Source: Eledone cirrhosa | Lineage: Eukaryota | Assembly (NCBI GenBank): GCA_964016885.1 | Contig: CAXHJY010001747.1 | Location: 171,219-235,218, forward strand | Length of the DNA stretch: 64,000 nucleotides | Direction of reading: 5' to 3' | Notes under the pieces: generated by a model | Told to the model about the DNA's origin: nothing | Seen by the model: the letters and a program-made list of their open reading frames with translations, nothing else | Databases searched by the model: none | Translations under genes and position numbers: made by a program | Shown: piece after piece, positions 28,051 to 41,311 of the stretch | How positions within the stretch are numbered: position 1 is the first letter of the stretch | How the letters are laid out: every line of letters starts with the position of its first letter

Positions 28051-28299
28051 CTTATGTGTCTTTTACTAAATTTATGTAAATGTCCTCAAAGAACTTTGTA
28101 TATGTGTGTCGTTATATCATAAAACAAAGTACCAGTTAAGAATTGTGCATTGGCAACATTGTTACTGCTTCGCCTCTTTTTAACACCAACACTTGGAAGT
28201 TACATATATATGTTGGAAAAGGTGCCACCAGTCATGTATTTATCACAAACACACACATATATAGAAATCAATAAATTACATGAATACACCAAATTCCAT

Positions 28300-28391
<92 letters not shown>

Positions 28392-28611
28392 ATATATATA
28401 TATAAAACAAACAAATAGTTTATCGCTCTACATGGCTGAATACAATAAATATAATCTGAGTTTTTTTTCGAATATTAATAATAATATTCGATTCGTTTGC
28501 AATTATGCAAACAGCCTCTTTAAAGCCATGTCAGTAGAATGACCTCGTCATTCTTGTTCTTGTGTTGGCATATAAAGAGAACTGCAGACACTAATGTATA
28601 TATATATATAA

Positions 28612-28801
28612 TAATTGTTTCTACTTTTGGCACAGGGCCAGCAATTACCCAGTACATTACTGCTACTTTATTTTATCGACCTCGTAAGGATGAAAGGCAA
28701 AGTTAACCTCGGCAGCATTTGAACTCAGAATGGCAAGGGCCGTAACTATGCGTCAAAGCATGGTGTCGATCCTCTACCGATACTGCCAATCCACCGCCCT
28801 C
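28612..28801 (-). mobile_element. tRNA-derived SINE (major family in this window)
   Basis: Core TACTTTATTTTATCGACC..AGGATGAAAGGCAAAGTTAACCTCGGC..ATTTGAACTCAG. Minus-strand B box GTTCAAAT and A-box-like TGGCAGTATCGG. Confidence 0.88.
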
Positions 28802-29284
28802 TACCAATAATAATGAAGTATATGTCAACGGATTATAATTCACTTCGTTTATTCATAATCGCTGTTATATATATATTTCGGTGATAACCGTTATTGCAAC
28901 AGTTCTGAGCTCACCAGTCAGCTAGAGATTGAACAGAAAAAAAAACAGAAAAAAAAACATGAAGAAATAAAAATTGCTTCTGTTGTTTCGATTCATTGAT
29001 ATGCCCCAAATATCAGCCCGGGGCATATCAATGAATCGAAACAACGATACTGCATACAAAAGTCTCGGTGATAAACTACAACATACTTTAATTAATTAAT
29101 TATATATATATATATATATAGATAGATAAATATACACGGGTGTGTATGATTGTGTATAGAAGATTATATTAATAAAAGGAATTCCAACTTTGTCTTATTT
29201 ACTCGTTTCATTTACAATCCTTTAAAATTTATAATGGTATTAGAATGAAATAGTATGGTAGAATATTAAATGTTAAGTGTTAAT

Positions 29285-29323
29285 TGAACAAATACTTTCA
29301 TGCTTTCGCAATCTTCAGGTTCA
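29285..29323 (-). ncRNA. Minimal hammerhead ribozyme motif (inverted copy)
   Basis: The reverse complement reads TGAAC-CTGAAGA-TTGCGAAAGCAT-GAAA-GTAT-TT-GTTCA. Confidence 0.68.
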
Positions 29324-29465
29324 TAATGTGTAGTGACAGTCAAGTTTGCAATTTTCAACTGTTGAAAATTCAGGTTCATAATGTGTGGTTCATAATGTGT
29401 GGTGACAGTCAAGTTTGCAATTTTCAACAGTTGAAAATTGCAAACTTGACTGTCACCACACATTA

Positions 29466-29504
29466 TGAACCTGAAGATTGCGAAAGCATGAAAGCACTTG
29501 TTCA
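29466..29504 (+). ncRNA. Minimal type I hammerhead ribozyme motif
   Basis: TGAAC-CTGAAGA-TTGC(GAAA)GCAT-GAAA-GCAC-TT-GTTCA: 5-bp stem I, intact CUGANGA and GAAA core, GNRA-capped stem II, minimal stem III. Confidence 0.7.
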
Positions 29505-30180
29505 ATTAACACTTAACATTTAATATTCTACCATACTATTTTATTCTAATACCATTATGAATTTTAAAGGATTGTAAATAAAACGAGTAAATCAGACAAA
29601 GTTGGAATTCCTTTTATTAATATATATATATATATATATATACACATGCTTTTCTCGGACACCTATTAGACATGCATTGAGTAAGGTGCATGATGCTAAA
29701 TGTAGAGTCACGATAATATGTTTATTATTATATATCTATTTGATGATACTTGCTCTTTAAAAAAGTTTGTGTTTAGAAGCCATTATCAGCAACTTTTCGA
29801 CAGAAATACTTTCAGAATTACAATTTCTCTTAATGCGACGGTAAAATATTGCGCAGAATAAACAAAATTAAATATATATTATATTTACATTAGATGCAAA
29901 TGTTTTTCTTTCTACATTTTCCTGAGCATCATTTAGGACTACCCAGTCTGGCTGATAATTATTGAAGAAATAGACAAACAATGTTGTTCAAATGCACTAT
30001 TACAATTTGATTCGAAGACTTTATAAATGATAATTCGTTTGTTATACTAAATAACATAGTTCAACTAATTTCAGACAGCAGTTTGTATATTCAGTATGTA
30101 AAATAATTGGTGTAGATTTCAATTAATCAGCAATATATTAGTATATAAAATGGCGACATTGATGAGAGCAACAATTTAGT

Positions 30181-30378
30181 TTCGGTAGTGGGGTGGTAGA
30201 TAAAATGCTATTGCAGTATTTCTTCTTATTACATTCTGAGTTCAAATCCTACCGAGGTAGATTTTGCCTCTCATCCATCAGAGTTCGATAAAAAATAGTA
30301 CCCGCCAAGTAGTTGGGTTGATTTAATCGAGTTTGCCCTTCTGCCAAATTTGCTGGCCTTGTGCCTAAATTAGAAATA
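30181..30378 (+). mobile_element. tRNA-derived SINE
   Basis: CTGAGTTCAAATCCTACCGAGGTAGATTTTGCCTCTCATCC...GGCCTTGTGCCTAAATTAGAAA, same family as 28612. Confidence 0.82.
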
Positions 30379-31266
30379 AATATTAGTTTAGATTTCCAAT
30401 GGTTAATGTTAATAAATTCGCTGCATTGAACATTAGAAGAAACGCATGGGAATTGACAGATTTGTTCAGCTAAGCACGTATTTCGTGGCGAGACTTGCTA
30501 AGTGGAGAGTTTCATTTAAAGTTGAATTTATGTTGTTTGGATTAACGAAAAATGTGTAGACCATTCACATTTGAGAGTGTATCCGTTGGCATTGCAGTGT
30601 TCATGAAATTTGTTACCGTCGTTGAAGCTCTTGAAAAAAAAAGAAAAAAAAAAAAGAGAAAAAGAGAAATTCTATGTATATTGTATAACACGATAAACTG
30701 TAAAATCCTGATGTCATGTGGTTATTGGGAAATGAGAGGCATAGCTGTTCTCTAGTGGCTATGGTTAGCTGGTGATCAGAATTGCCTTTGTGAAAAGTGA
30801 TTTAGTTTTCTAGTCACCTCATTGCGGCTCAGCTGAAAAGTGAAAATCCATACCAACTGATATTAGGTTTAACTAAATTGTCGAATGATTTCAGAATACT
30901 GACGTGGCTGAAATGTGCTCTTCCCTTTTATAAGCAATTCACTACCAAGTCACGATAAATGATAAATCTTCTATGACTGCGAGTTGCGTGTAGGCGCAAA
31001 TCTCCCTCAAATGACACTCTACTGTCTAAAAATAGATAATCAGACTCTACATGCCTCTAAAGTATATGGGATGGTTACGGTGGGAACGCCTTCGATCGGC
31101 GTTGACCTGGGGCATCAATAACAATTATTACTAACGTTTTCCAATACTCTCCTTCATTCTTACTACACTTTTTAACAAACAAACCAGCTACTCACCCATT
31201 CACCCGACTAAGAGTTTCTCTCTCTGTAATTAAACAATATATGTATGACGCACACACGCGCGCACA

Positions 31267-31397
<131 letters not shown>

Positions 31398-31691
31398 GTA
31401 TATATATATATATAGACCCACATATACATACATATACACACATATTCGTTATATGAGTGGGTAGAAACAAATAGGAGAGGTAGAGCTTGGCAGTGTCGAA
31501 TGTACAAAAATAATTTGTGTGTACAAGTATGTATTCTTTTATACATGCATGTATGCATACATGCATGTATGCATACATGCATGTATGCATACATGCATAT
31601 ATGCACACATGTATAAATGCATGTTTATATATATATATATATCTATACATAATACATACATACATGTACGCATACATATATAAATGCATCG

Positions 31692-31771
<80 letters not shown>

Positions 31772-32090
31772 CATACACACTCACACACACACAGACATAC
31801 ACATACGCACACACACATACACGCACACACATATATATATATATATTCCTTCACCATCGCTCAAAAGGAAAACAACATAATATACACCGCCATTTTTATA
31901 CGATCTCACCCAACCACACTCTACCGCCAAGCCACGTCGGTTTTTCGAACCATTCGCTATTATTTATGGTTTATTTAGAATCCTTCTATAATTCACCCCA
32001 ACCAACATCCTCCATCTTCCCATAATCATCATCCTCCTCCTCATCATCATCATCACCACCACAACCACCACCACCATCACCACCACCACC

Positions 32091-32124
<34 letters not shown>

Positions 32125-32496
32125 TCATTATTATTGTTATTGTTATTTATATTTTTTCAGCTTTATTGCCTATTATTAACTACTGTTTTTTTTTAAAGGA
32201 AAACAAACAGGTAGTGTGATTGTTGCTCTCTACTGGCTGGAGATAATAATAGTCGACTAGAGAAATAAATTAAAGGATGACGTGGAATAACTTGTTGTGG
32301 TTAACTGAACGGACGGCTGTGATTGGCTGGCTGTGTGTGTTGAGGGATAGATGGATGGACAGATGGATGGTTGGATAGACGAATGTTTGAATAAGTGTTA
32401 TTGGGATGGCTGGATACATGGAAATAGTTAATATATTAAGAAAAAAAATTTATGTTTATTTCTGTCCTTGTAGCAGTCCCTTTGTCCAATGCAGCC

Positions 32497-32775
32497 TCCT
32501 CCTCCTCCTTCTTCTTCTTCTTCTTCTTCTTCTTCTTCTTCTTCTTCTTCTTCTTCTTCTTCTTCTTCTTCTTCTTCTTCTTCTTCTTCTTCTTCTTCTT
32601 CTTCTTCTTCTTCTTCTCCACCAGCGCCACGTATCACCGAACACCATGTTTTTGAATACCCATCTGAAGTATACCTGCTGAGCAATAGCATTTAGGAAAT
32701 CCACATGCAGGTCCATTTCGCTTTCAGTTAGCTCATAATTCACTGTCTTAAAAGAACGCCCTAACCGAACACCAA
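32497..32775 (-). mobile_element. Probable LINE (RTE-like) 3' end with a (GAA)n tail
   Basis: The minus-strand peptide GVRLGRSFKT...NAIAQQVYFRW loosely resembles the RTE C-terminus (GRP..T...A.DR..W) and runs into a (TTC)n tract. Confidence 0.4.
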
Positions 32776-32872
32776 TTATAATCGAAATATGAAGAAAATT
32801 GATCAAGAAGATTAATTATATGAAAACAAATTATCTAAAAATACTAATTTTTATCCTATAAATTTATCAATT

Positions 32873-33025
32873 AGGCGTAGGCATCGCTGTGTAGGTAAGG
32901 ACTTGGTTTCGCAACCACGTGGTTCTGAGTTCACTCCTGCGGCACGATAACTTGAGCAAATGTTTAAGTGTTTCTACTATAGCCTCGGGTTGATCCATGT
33001 CTTGTGAGTGGAATTTGATAGACGT
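32873..33025 (+). mobile_element. tRNA-derived SINE (second family), 5' part
   Basis: GGCGTAGGCATCGCTGTGTAGGTAAG...GGTTCTGAGTTCACTCC...TTGAGCAAATG...TTTCTACTATAGCCTCGGG. Confidence 0.65.
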
Positions 33026-33338
33026 TTGTGTGTGCGTGTGTGTCTATGTGTGTATGTTTACGTTTGTTTCTTTCTATCTATATGCCCTAACTCAGCTTTT
33101 CGACAAAATAGAGATCAATAAAATATTCACCAGACTTGAAATTAGATAATGGCGTTGATGTATGTATGGTCCCGTAATTCCTGATAGAGTGGTAGGGGTG
33201 CTGTATTGACATACGACGTTTCTTGGACATTTTAAGCCTGGCTTAGCTCATCCCCTCTCCAGGCCTGAGTAGAGCAGATTTCTTCCAGAGAAAGATAGAA
33301 AGTGAGAGAGAGAAAATAAGAAAGAGATACAGAGGAAG

Positions 33339-33500
33339 AATCGACCCTAGTACTAAACTGGTACTTTTTTTTTATCAACCTCGAAAGGATGAAAGGCAAA
33401 TTTGACCTCGGCAGGATTTGAACTCAGAGAGCAGAGAGCTGGAATAAATACCATAAAGCATTCTATCTGATGTTCTAATGACTCTGCTAATTCGCCACCT
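33339..33500 (-). mobile_element. tRNA-derived SINE
   Basis: Same core as 28612. Confidence 0.82.
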
Positions 33501-33887
33501 TATGGGGTTGATGTAATCGACTAAAATCAAGATGGTGCCCCAGCGTGGTCGAAGTCTAATGACTTAAACCAGTTATAAAAAAGAAAAGAAAAGAAAATAG
33601 AATAAAAATTCAATACAAATTTATCAATGCCATTTTTCTCATAATCGTCCATTTTATGTTAAAAACATTATGGTGTTTTTCCATACATTTTGGTCAATAA
33701 AAGAGTCTTAATGATATGTTTTAAGTTGCTTTAAATAGCAGCCATATCTCCATAAAATTACACCAGACTGCTGTAAAAATTGAAGGACTCCTTTTATTCA
33801 TAATGCAGTCTTCAATACAGTATGTCCAAATAAAGATGGTGAAATGTTCATGGTTGAACACGTTTGGTCAAAACTCTGTTCAGTCTT

Positions 33888-34140
<253 letters not shown>

Positions 34141-34328
34141 ACAGTAGCAGAAGCAGCAAAGACAATAACAAGAATAGCAAGAACAATAACAACAAACCAC
34201 CAATAGTAGCTGTAGCAGCGACAACAACAATAATAGCAACAACAACAGCAACACCAGCTAAATGGCAGGAGGTACTGGATGTTATGACACTGTATCTCCG
34301 GTCACACAAAACCATGCACAGTTTTTCA

Positions 34329-34404
<76 letters not shown>

Positions 34405-34649
34405 TGCGTATGTGTGTATATATATATATATATATATCAATTAGAAATTATCCCCTGTGATTGTTTCATGTGTTTATTTTAAATATATATATGTCAATCA
34501 ATTTTTAGTTGATATAAAATGCTCTGATCTATTCATTGGAATCTTTGAGCTTATTCTACGGTGGATATGGCGCATGTCTCGGACATGACTCCCTTAATTT
34601 AATTTAATTAAATTTATTTCGGATATATTTATATATATATATATGTGTG

Positions 34650-34728
<79 letters not shown>

Positions 34729-34756
34729 GTATATATATATATACATATATACACAT

Positions 34757-34970
34757 TAAACTTTAATCTGTTATTTTAATAAATATATATATATATTTAT
34801 ATATATTCATTAAAATAACAGATTAAAGTTTAAGCAAAGAATCGCTGCTTTCACCCTTAACGGGATCTGTTATTTTAATAAATATTTGCTCTAGGGTTCT
34901 TATATATTTGATATATATTTATCCTTATCGAGCCCTCTTTGGATTTTAGTCTTCAAATTTATTATTATTA
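34757..34970 (-). mobile_element. Small TA-associated repeat family B with a terminal hairpin
   Basis: Homologous segments at 36475-36600 (opposite strand), 37055-37105 and 57996-58050. Hairpin formed by 34757-34780 and 34809-34832. Confidence 0.65.
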
Positions 34971-35595
34971 CTATATATATATATGTATGTATGTGAGAGA
35001 GATAGATAGAGTGAGACAGTGAGAGAGAGTGTATTTGCCATGATGTGACGTCGTAAACATATATTCTTTCAACACACACGCACACACATACACATACACA
35101 CACATACACACACGCACACACACACACATACAAACACACACAATTTGCAGTCCTTATCACTGGATATATGTAAACAAAACTGTCACGTGATCACAGTCAT
35201 AAATGTAACCGACGCCATGATGACACGAAACTAATGTACTGGAACTAACGTTTATCTCCTTACAGATATAATATTTCGACTTTGCCTTGATTTATATCAA
35301 GACTAGGTCTTTTATTTTGTTCTTCCTGTCGATGTTGGAAAATGGCGGAGTTATGGACATTGAAATAATTTATATTTTCCTTTTCTCCATTTATATATAT
35401 ATTATTTACTTCAAGACATTATATGCACCGATCGGAGACAATAAAACAGTGACATATTTTGTCAGTATGTCGGCTTCTCTTTTCTCTCACTCAAAAGAAC
35501 GTTTGTAATGTCCAACATTATATCATATTACATTGAAAATCTTAGAAGTTAATTCAATTAATTATTTTAGTTCATATTTTAGTTCTTTGTTGATT

Positions 35596-36180
35596 AAAAA
35601 TAACGGTTTTTCATATTGGTACAAGGGGAGTAAATTTGGTGGAAGGCAAAGTCGATTATATCGACCCCAGTAAATGACATGTACTTTATTTTACCGACTT
35701 CTAAAGGATGTAAAGCTAAGTTAATCTCGGCGGGATTTGAATGGAGAACGTAAAAGACCGGAAATGATATCGCAAAGCATTTGAGCCAACTAGTCACCGA
35801 TTCCGTCTATCCGCCACTCTAAAAATAATGTTTTCTGATTTAAGCTTAAGGCCAACAATTTAGGGAAAGGGGAAAGTCGATTAGATTTGAGCTCAGTGCG
35901 TTACTGGTACTTATTTTATCGACTCTGTAAGGGTGAAAGAAAGGCAAAGCTAACTTCGACGGAATTTGAACTCGTAACAATATGCCACAAATATGTTGTC
36001 TGACGCGCTACCGATTCTGGAAATACGCCACTCTCATTGATTAAAAATAAATGCTTCCACATTTAGCACAAAGCCAACAATTTGAAATGAAGGGGAAAGT
36101 CGACTACATCGACCCCAGTAGGTTACTGGTGCTTTATTTTATCAACCCCGTAATTATGAAAAGCAAAGCTAACCTTTAAT
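35596..36180 (-). mobile_element. Three head-to-tail tRNA-SINE copies
   Basis: SINE core recurs at ~35610-35820, ~35830-36032 and ~36050-36178. Confidence 0.8.
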
Positions 36181-36412
36181 TGATAAAAAATAATAGAAAA
36201 TAAACATGTTTATTGATTTCCTCAAGTTGTCTTATGGACAACGATCACTCTTCTGCATTATCTTAAATTGTTTCAAAAGACTTGCGCGGAGATGATAAAA
36301 CTAGCTTATAAAGTAAGGTGAACCTCTTATCTCCCAGATTCCGAATGGGCGCTTTGAATCACTAAGCCAATGAACCGTGGTAACACCTGGTGTTTTAAAT
36401 TTGATAGCCGAA

Positions 36413-36471
<59 letters not shown>

Positions 36472-36599
36472 GTAATAATAATAAGTTTGAAGACTAAAAT
36501 CCAAAGAGGGCTCGATAAGGATAAATATATATCAAATATATAAGAACCCTAGAGCAAATATTCTTTTCTTAGAGCAGCGATTCTTTGCTTAAACTTTAA

Positions 36600-36955
36600 G
36601 CTATTTCAGAGCACCAATTCTAATTTTTAATTTCTGCTTGACCGGCAACCGCTCTGTAAAATCAGTTCCTGATTATTTACTAGAATTCTATAAGAACATA
36701 ACATCCGTAATTTCAGCAGACGGGAGGAGTAGTTGGCTTTGATAAGCATCAATAAATGCAGAAACAAAGCCATGTCAGCTTTATCTCCCCCTGTTTGCTG
36801 AAATTAAAGTAAGTGAGTCTGTCACTACTCTAAAACAATAGCATATGGTCTTCAAAATGCTTTTAATTAAGCATAAAGTGTATTGCAAAATACACTATAT
36901 ATACATTCATATATATATGGCTATATGGCTATTTCAGAGCACCAATTCTAATTTT

Positions 36956-36957
<2 letters not shown>
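36600..36957 (+). mobile_element. ~330-bp element family C with a 30-bp terminal direct repeat and a degenerate hammerhead
   Basis: GCTATTTCAGAGCACCAATTCTAATTTTTA occurs at both ends. Internal GGCT-TTGATAA-GCAT(CAATAA)ATGC-AGAAAC...GTC-AGCT. Related to 61120-61365. Confidence 0.65.
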
Positions 36958-36987
<30 letters not shown>

Positions 36988-36992
36988 CACAA

Positions 36993-37050
<58 letters not shown>

Positions 37051-37290
37051 ATATAATCCTCATCGAGCCCTCTTCGGATATTAGTCTTCAAATTTATAAT
37101 AATAATAATATAGACAAGGTGTTAAATTTTCATTACATAAATTGAGGTGAGACGCGCATTTTGCGATTTCCCTGCTCAAGGTTCGATCTGTATCAATCGG
37201 GCTCGACTCTGGAATGAAAAGCTCATCGGACGTCTGTTATGGTAATGACAGAATGATTCCCTTACAGCTTATTCATTGTCATATATACAT

Positions 37291-38898
37291 ATTAGGGTGA
37301 CCCTTAGCAATAGGTAATTTTCCGAAAGTTAAAATTCCAGCTGAGGTGACCCTCAAACGTTTTGATGTTGGAACATAGTATACGCAACGATTAATTCTGT
37401 TCAAAAGCAGTATACTGTTCCCTATCTCGACCATTTTCTTTCTTCTTCTTGGAGAAATTTATGTGGACACATCCAGGCAAACACAGCAAATGTTTAAAAA
37501 CATTGTGAATCAAATTTACCAACAGTTATTTTGAAAAATTCCTGAAATAACATGAACTTAAGAAATATTAGGTTTTGTTAATAAAGCACACAACTTCTAT
37601 CAGAGAAACGTATTTTTATTTACAACAATAATTTCTATAGAATCAAAAACATAATGTGAACACTGAACACTGAATATTGAACATTATTTTTGCGTGGATT
37701 GGCAGTATCGGTAGAGGGTCGGACACCATGCTTTCCAGCATAGTTACGTCCCTTTACGATCTGAGTTCAAATCCCGCCGAGGTTGACTTTGCCTTTCATC
37801 TTTACGGGGTCGATAAAATAAAGTACCAGTAATGCACTGGGTAATTGCTGGCATTGTGCCTAAAGTAGAAACAATTATTTTTGCATAAGAGAGGATTTAG
37901 TGGAAGTTGGTTTTCGGTAACGATCTGTAAAATAAATTGTTTCTCAGTTTCATCTTTTTTGAGAATGTTATTGTAATCCTGAATGAGTTTGACACCTTTT
38001 TCTGCAACATCATTCACAACAACTGTCTTCTCAAGTTTTTCAAGTCCACTTTTGAAACCAGGATCATACTTCCATGTTGAAGGGTCTTTGTCGATGAAAT
38101 CGGTGCTGATAGAAAATCTCGTGAAGAAAATTTTGTACCAGGAGTCACAAAAGACAAAAACTTGATGTTTGTACAGGAAGAAAAGTCATTTTGGTGCAGA
38201 ATGTACTTCTTCAGTTGATCTTATTCTTCTTCCTCTTCTTCACCTTTGTCTGCTTCCAGCATAACTTGGGCAAATTTGCCTTAACCTCTCATTGGGTTCC
38301 TTGCTCTCCTTTTCTCATTCATCACCTTGCTCTCCTTTTCTTATTGCTCTCCATGCTTTCCTTTTCTCATTGCCCTCCTTGCTTTCCTTTTCTCACTGCT
38401 CTCCCTGCTCCCCCTTTCTCCTTGCTCTCCTTGCTCTCCTTTTCTCCTTACTCTCCTTTTATCCTTGCCCTGCCTGCTCTCCTTTTCTCCTTGCTCTCTC
38501 TTTCTCCTTGTTTCTATGTACTTGTTTTTCAGGTAATTTTCCAAAAGTTAAAATTTTGCTGTTCGCACAGTGAAAAATAGGTGTTTGCCCTGAGGTATGT
38601 CCCCAGCTTTGCAAGTTGTCTACCCCATTATATTTATTGTCACTTATCCTTCTAATACCAAGAATAAGTCTGAACAAGTTATTAATTTAAGAGAACATTA
38701 TATAAGAAATAAAATGATAATTATCTGAAAAAATGACTTTCCGGGTGAAAACTTCAAAATTTCACGGTCGATGAGAGTCGCCTTGCAGTTGTCCGCTTGA
38801 GCTAATATTTCGTATAGATTGGTTTGTTGTCAATTGGAACAAGATAGGGGGGGGGGAGCTAAACTTTTAGAAAGTTGAAAGATAAGGACCACCCTAAT
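37291..38898 (-). mobile_element. Internally deleted hAT (hATm-type) DNA transposon with a nested SINE
   Basis: TIRs ATTAGGGTGACCCTTA and TAAGGACCACCCTAAT. The minus-strand peptide FFTRFSISTDFIDKDPSTW...VVNDVAEKGVKLIQDYN matches the hATm NDxAERGVK motif. Confidence 0.8.
37695..37878 (+). mobile_element. tRNA-derived SINE nested in the hATm element
   Basis: GTGGATTGGCAGTATCGGTAGAG (A box)...GAGTTCAAATCCC (B box)...GTAGAAACAATTATTT. Confidence 0.88.
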
Positions 38899-38920
38899 GC
38901 ACACACACACACACGCACAC

Positions 38921-38994
<74 letters not shown>

Positions 38995-39009
38995 ACACAC
39001 ACATATATA

Positions 39010-39248
39010 TAAAGAAAAATGATGCCGTTTTGTTTACATGTAATTAGTTTTTTTTATTGTATCGACTTGTTACGCACGTTTCGCAGAGGATTATCTCAGG
39101 AGCACCCATAGAAGTTATGAATCCAGCTCCATTATTGATTTGCTCTTCTATGGGTGACCTTGAACCAATCATCTGCGAAACGCACGTAACAGGTCGATAG
39201 ACAATAACATGCTAAATACCTGTAAACTTCATCGTTTTTTTTTTTATA
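39010..39248. mobile_element. Older, imperfect fold-back element with hammerhead-like GAAAC-N4-GTA in both arms
   Basis: Arms ...TATCGACTTGTTACGCACGTTTCGCAGA...CACCCATAGAAG and CTTCTATGGGTG...TCTGCGAAACGCACGTAACAGGTCGATA. TA flanks. Confidence 0.55.
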
Positions 39249-39365
39249 TATACATTCTGCTTGTGTATCGAGTGCTCATTCTGGTACCACTATCAGTAAT
39301 TCACTGAATCACATACACTGCATACACTGTGTAGATATATATCTAAATATATATATATATATATA

Positions 39366-40260
39366 CGAGGTGGGTCAGAAAAGTTCCAGGACTGATGTCA
39401 CAAAAGATTTATTTCAAACCCAAACTTCACACTAAGAGTTTTCTCCTTCAAAGTAATGCACTGGAGTCTAATGCACTTTCCCATCCTTTTCTGCCACGCT
39501 TGCATGCACTCCTGGAAGGATTCTTCCGGGATCCTCCGCAGTTCTGTCGTCACGGCCTTTTTGATGTCGTCCACGTCTTCAAAGCGGGTCCCCTCCAGGT
39601 CGTACTCGAAGATCCATGACTCATCACCGGTAATGACTGTCCCTAGCAAGTCTGGTTCGGTTTCAAGACGCTCGAGGATGTTCTGGCACACTTGCATGCG
39701 TCGACCCTTCTGGTCATCGTTCAGGAGTTTTGGCACCATCTTCGCGCAGACTTTCAGCATGTCCAAATCTTCAGTGAGAATCTTCCAGACGCTGTCCCGA
39801 TTCATGCCCAGCTCATTTGCCATCAGTCGAACAGTCAGCCGACAATCGCTACGCACCATCTGCCTGACGCGTTCAACGTTGACCTCAGTTCTGGTTGTTG
39901 AGGGCCTTCCGCTCCTGGGGTCATCTTCCACGTCCTCGCGTCCTTCTTTAAACCTCTTGCACCACTCAAAAACACGTGAGCCTGACATCGTCTCATCGCA
40001 ATACACTTGCTGCAGTAATTCCAGTGTTTCTGACGGAGTTTTCAAGTTTGTTCGTTGCCCTGTGCTCATTGCTTGACGACCTGAAACAGAGGACATGTAT
40101 ATAAAATTATTAAGAAAAAAGTTTAATCGCTGCAGAAAGCTAAGATTACAGTTACATACTCCAGAGGGATTACTTTGAAGGAGAAAACTCTTAGTGTGAA
40201 GTTTGGGTTTGAAATAAATCTTTTGTGACATCAGTCCTGGAACTTTTCCGACACACCGCG
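39366..40260 (-). mobile_element. Mariner-like element, internally deleted, with 92-bp TIRs and a TA target-site duplication
   Basis: TIRs at 39366-39457 and 40169-40260, with TA on both sides. Transposase ORF lies inside. Confidence 0.95.
39398..40069 (-). pseudogene. Mariner transposase with an in-frame deletion of most of the DDD catalytic domain
   Basis: HTH region (VFEWCKRFKEGREDVEDDPRSGRPST), linker MVPKLL (WVPHEL-like) and VITGDESWIFEYD are joined directly to the C-terminal GTRFEDVDDIKKAV. The second and third Asp and YSPDLAP are absent. Confidence 0.9.
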
Positions 40261-40300
40261 TATATATACAGTATATATGATTACAATACAGATGTATATG

Positions 40301-40334
<34 letters not shown>

Positions 40335-40388
40335 TGTATGTATGTATGTATGTATGTATGTATGTATGTATGTATGTATGTATGTATG

Positions 40389-40432
<44 letters not shown>

Positions 40433-41069
40433 TACACATGCTTATGTATCTCTCTATATATATGTATATATATATATTCATATACACACATTAATATATA
40501 TATGTTGTGTGTGTATGTGTGTGTATGTATATGCACACACACATACATAGGTACATACATACGTACATATATGCATACATGCATTCAATCGTACATACAT
40601 ACATACATAAATACACATAAAAAAATGTTGCCTCTAATAACTGCATATACACATGTACAGATACAAAGCATATACACATGCACACATACAATTCAAAACA
40701 TACACATCCACACATACAATAACACCCATACCTACACATGCATGCATGCAGACATACATACATATCTACCTAGTTGATGTTGTGTAAATTCCAATGAGAG
40801 AGTCTTGTATCTATGTTAGAAACCGACTCTCTCTCCATTGGTAAAAATTTGTGAAATTATAAAACCAGAAGAACATACATACATACATACATATATATAT
40901 ACATACACATACATGCATATATATATATACATACATCCATACATACATAGATATTTATATACGTACATACATACATACATATATATACATGCATATATAT
41001 ATATACATACATACATACATGATTGCTGCCCCCTCGTTATCGAGTATGGCCATTGACGAGAAAAAAAAG

Positions 41070-41134
<65 letters not shown>

Positions 41135-41311
41135 TACATATATATACACACACATATATATATATACACACATATATATTAATAACAATAATAATAATAA
41201 TAATAACAACAATAATAATAACGACAATAAAAACAATAATAATATACATATACATATATATATATACACACACACGCACACACATAAACATATCTATACA
41301 CACACACACGA

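Larger units (their letters stand above)
29166..29625. mobile_element. Fold-back element with ~200-bp inverted arms, each carrying a minimal hammerhead ribozyme motif
   Basis: Arms at ~29166-29370 and ~29420-29625 are reverse complements, with a small internal duplication at the centre. TA flanks. Confidence 0.75.

Noticed and set aside
38280-38515. Hydrophobic ORFs within the hATm element
   Set aside because: Degenerate CCTTGCTCT/CCTTTTCT pyrimidine minisatellite.
39398-40231. Active mariner transposase of 277 aa
   Set aside because: The catalytic core is deleted, and the first 54 codons are TIR and putative intron sequence.
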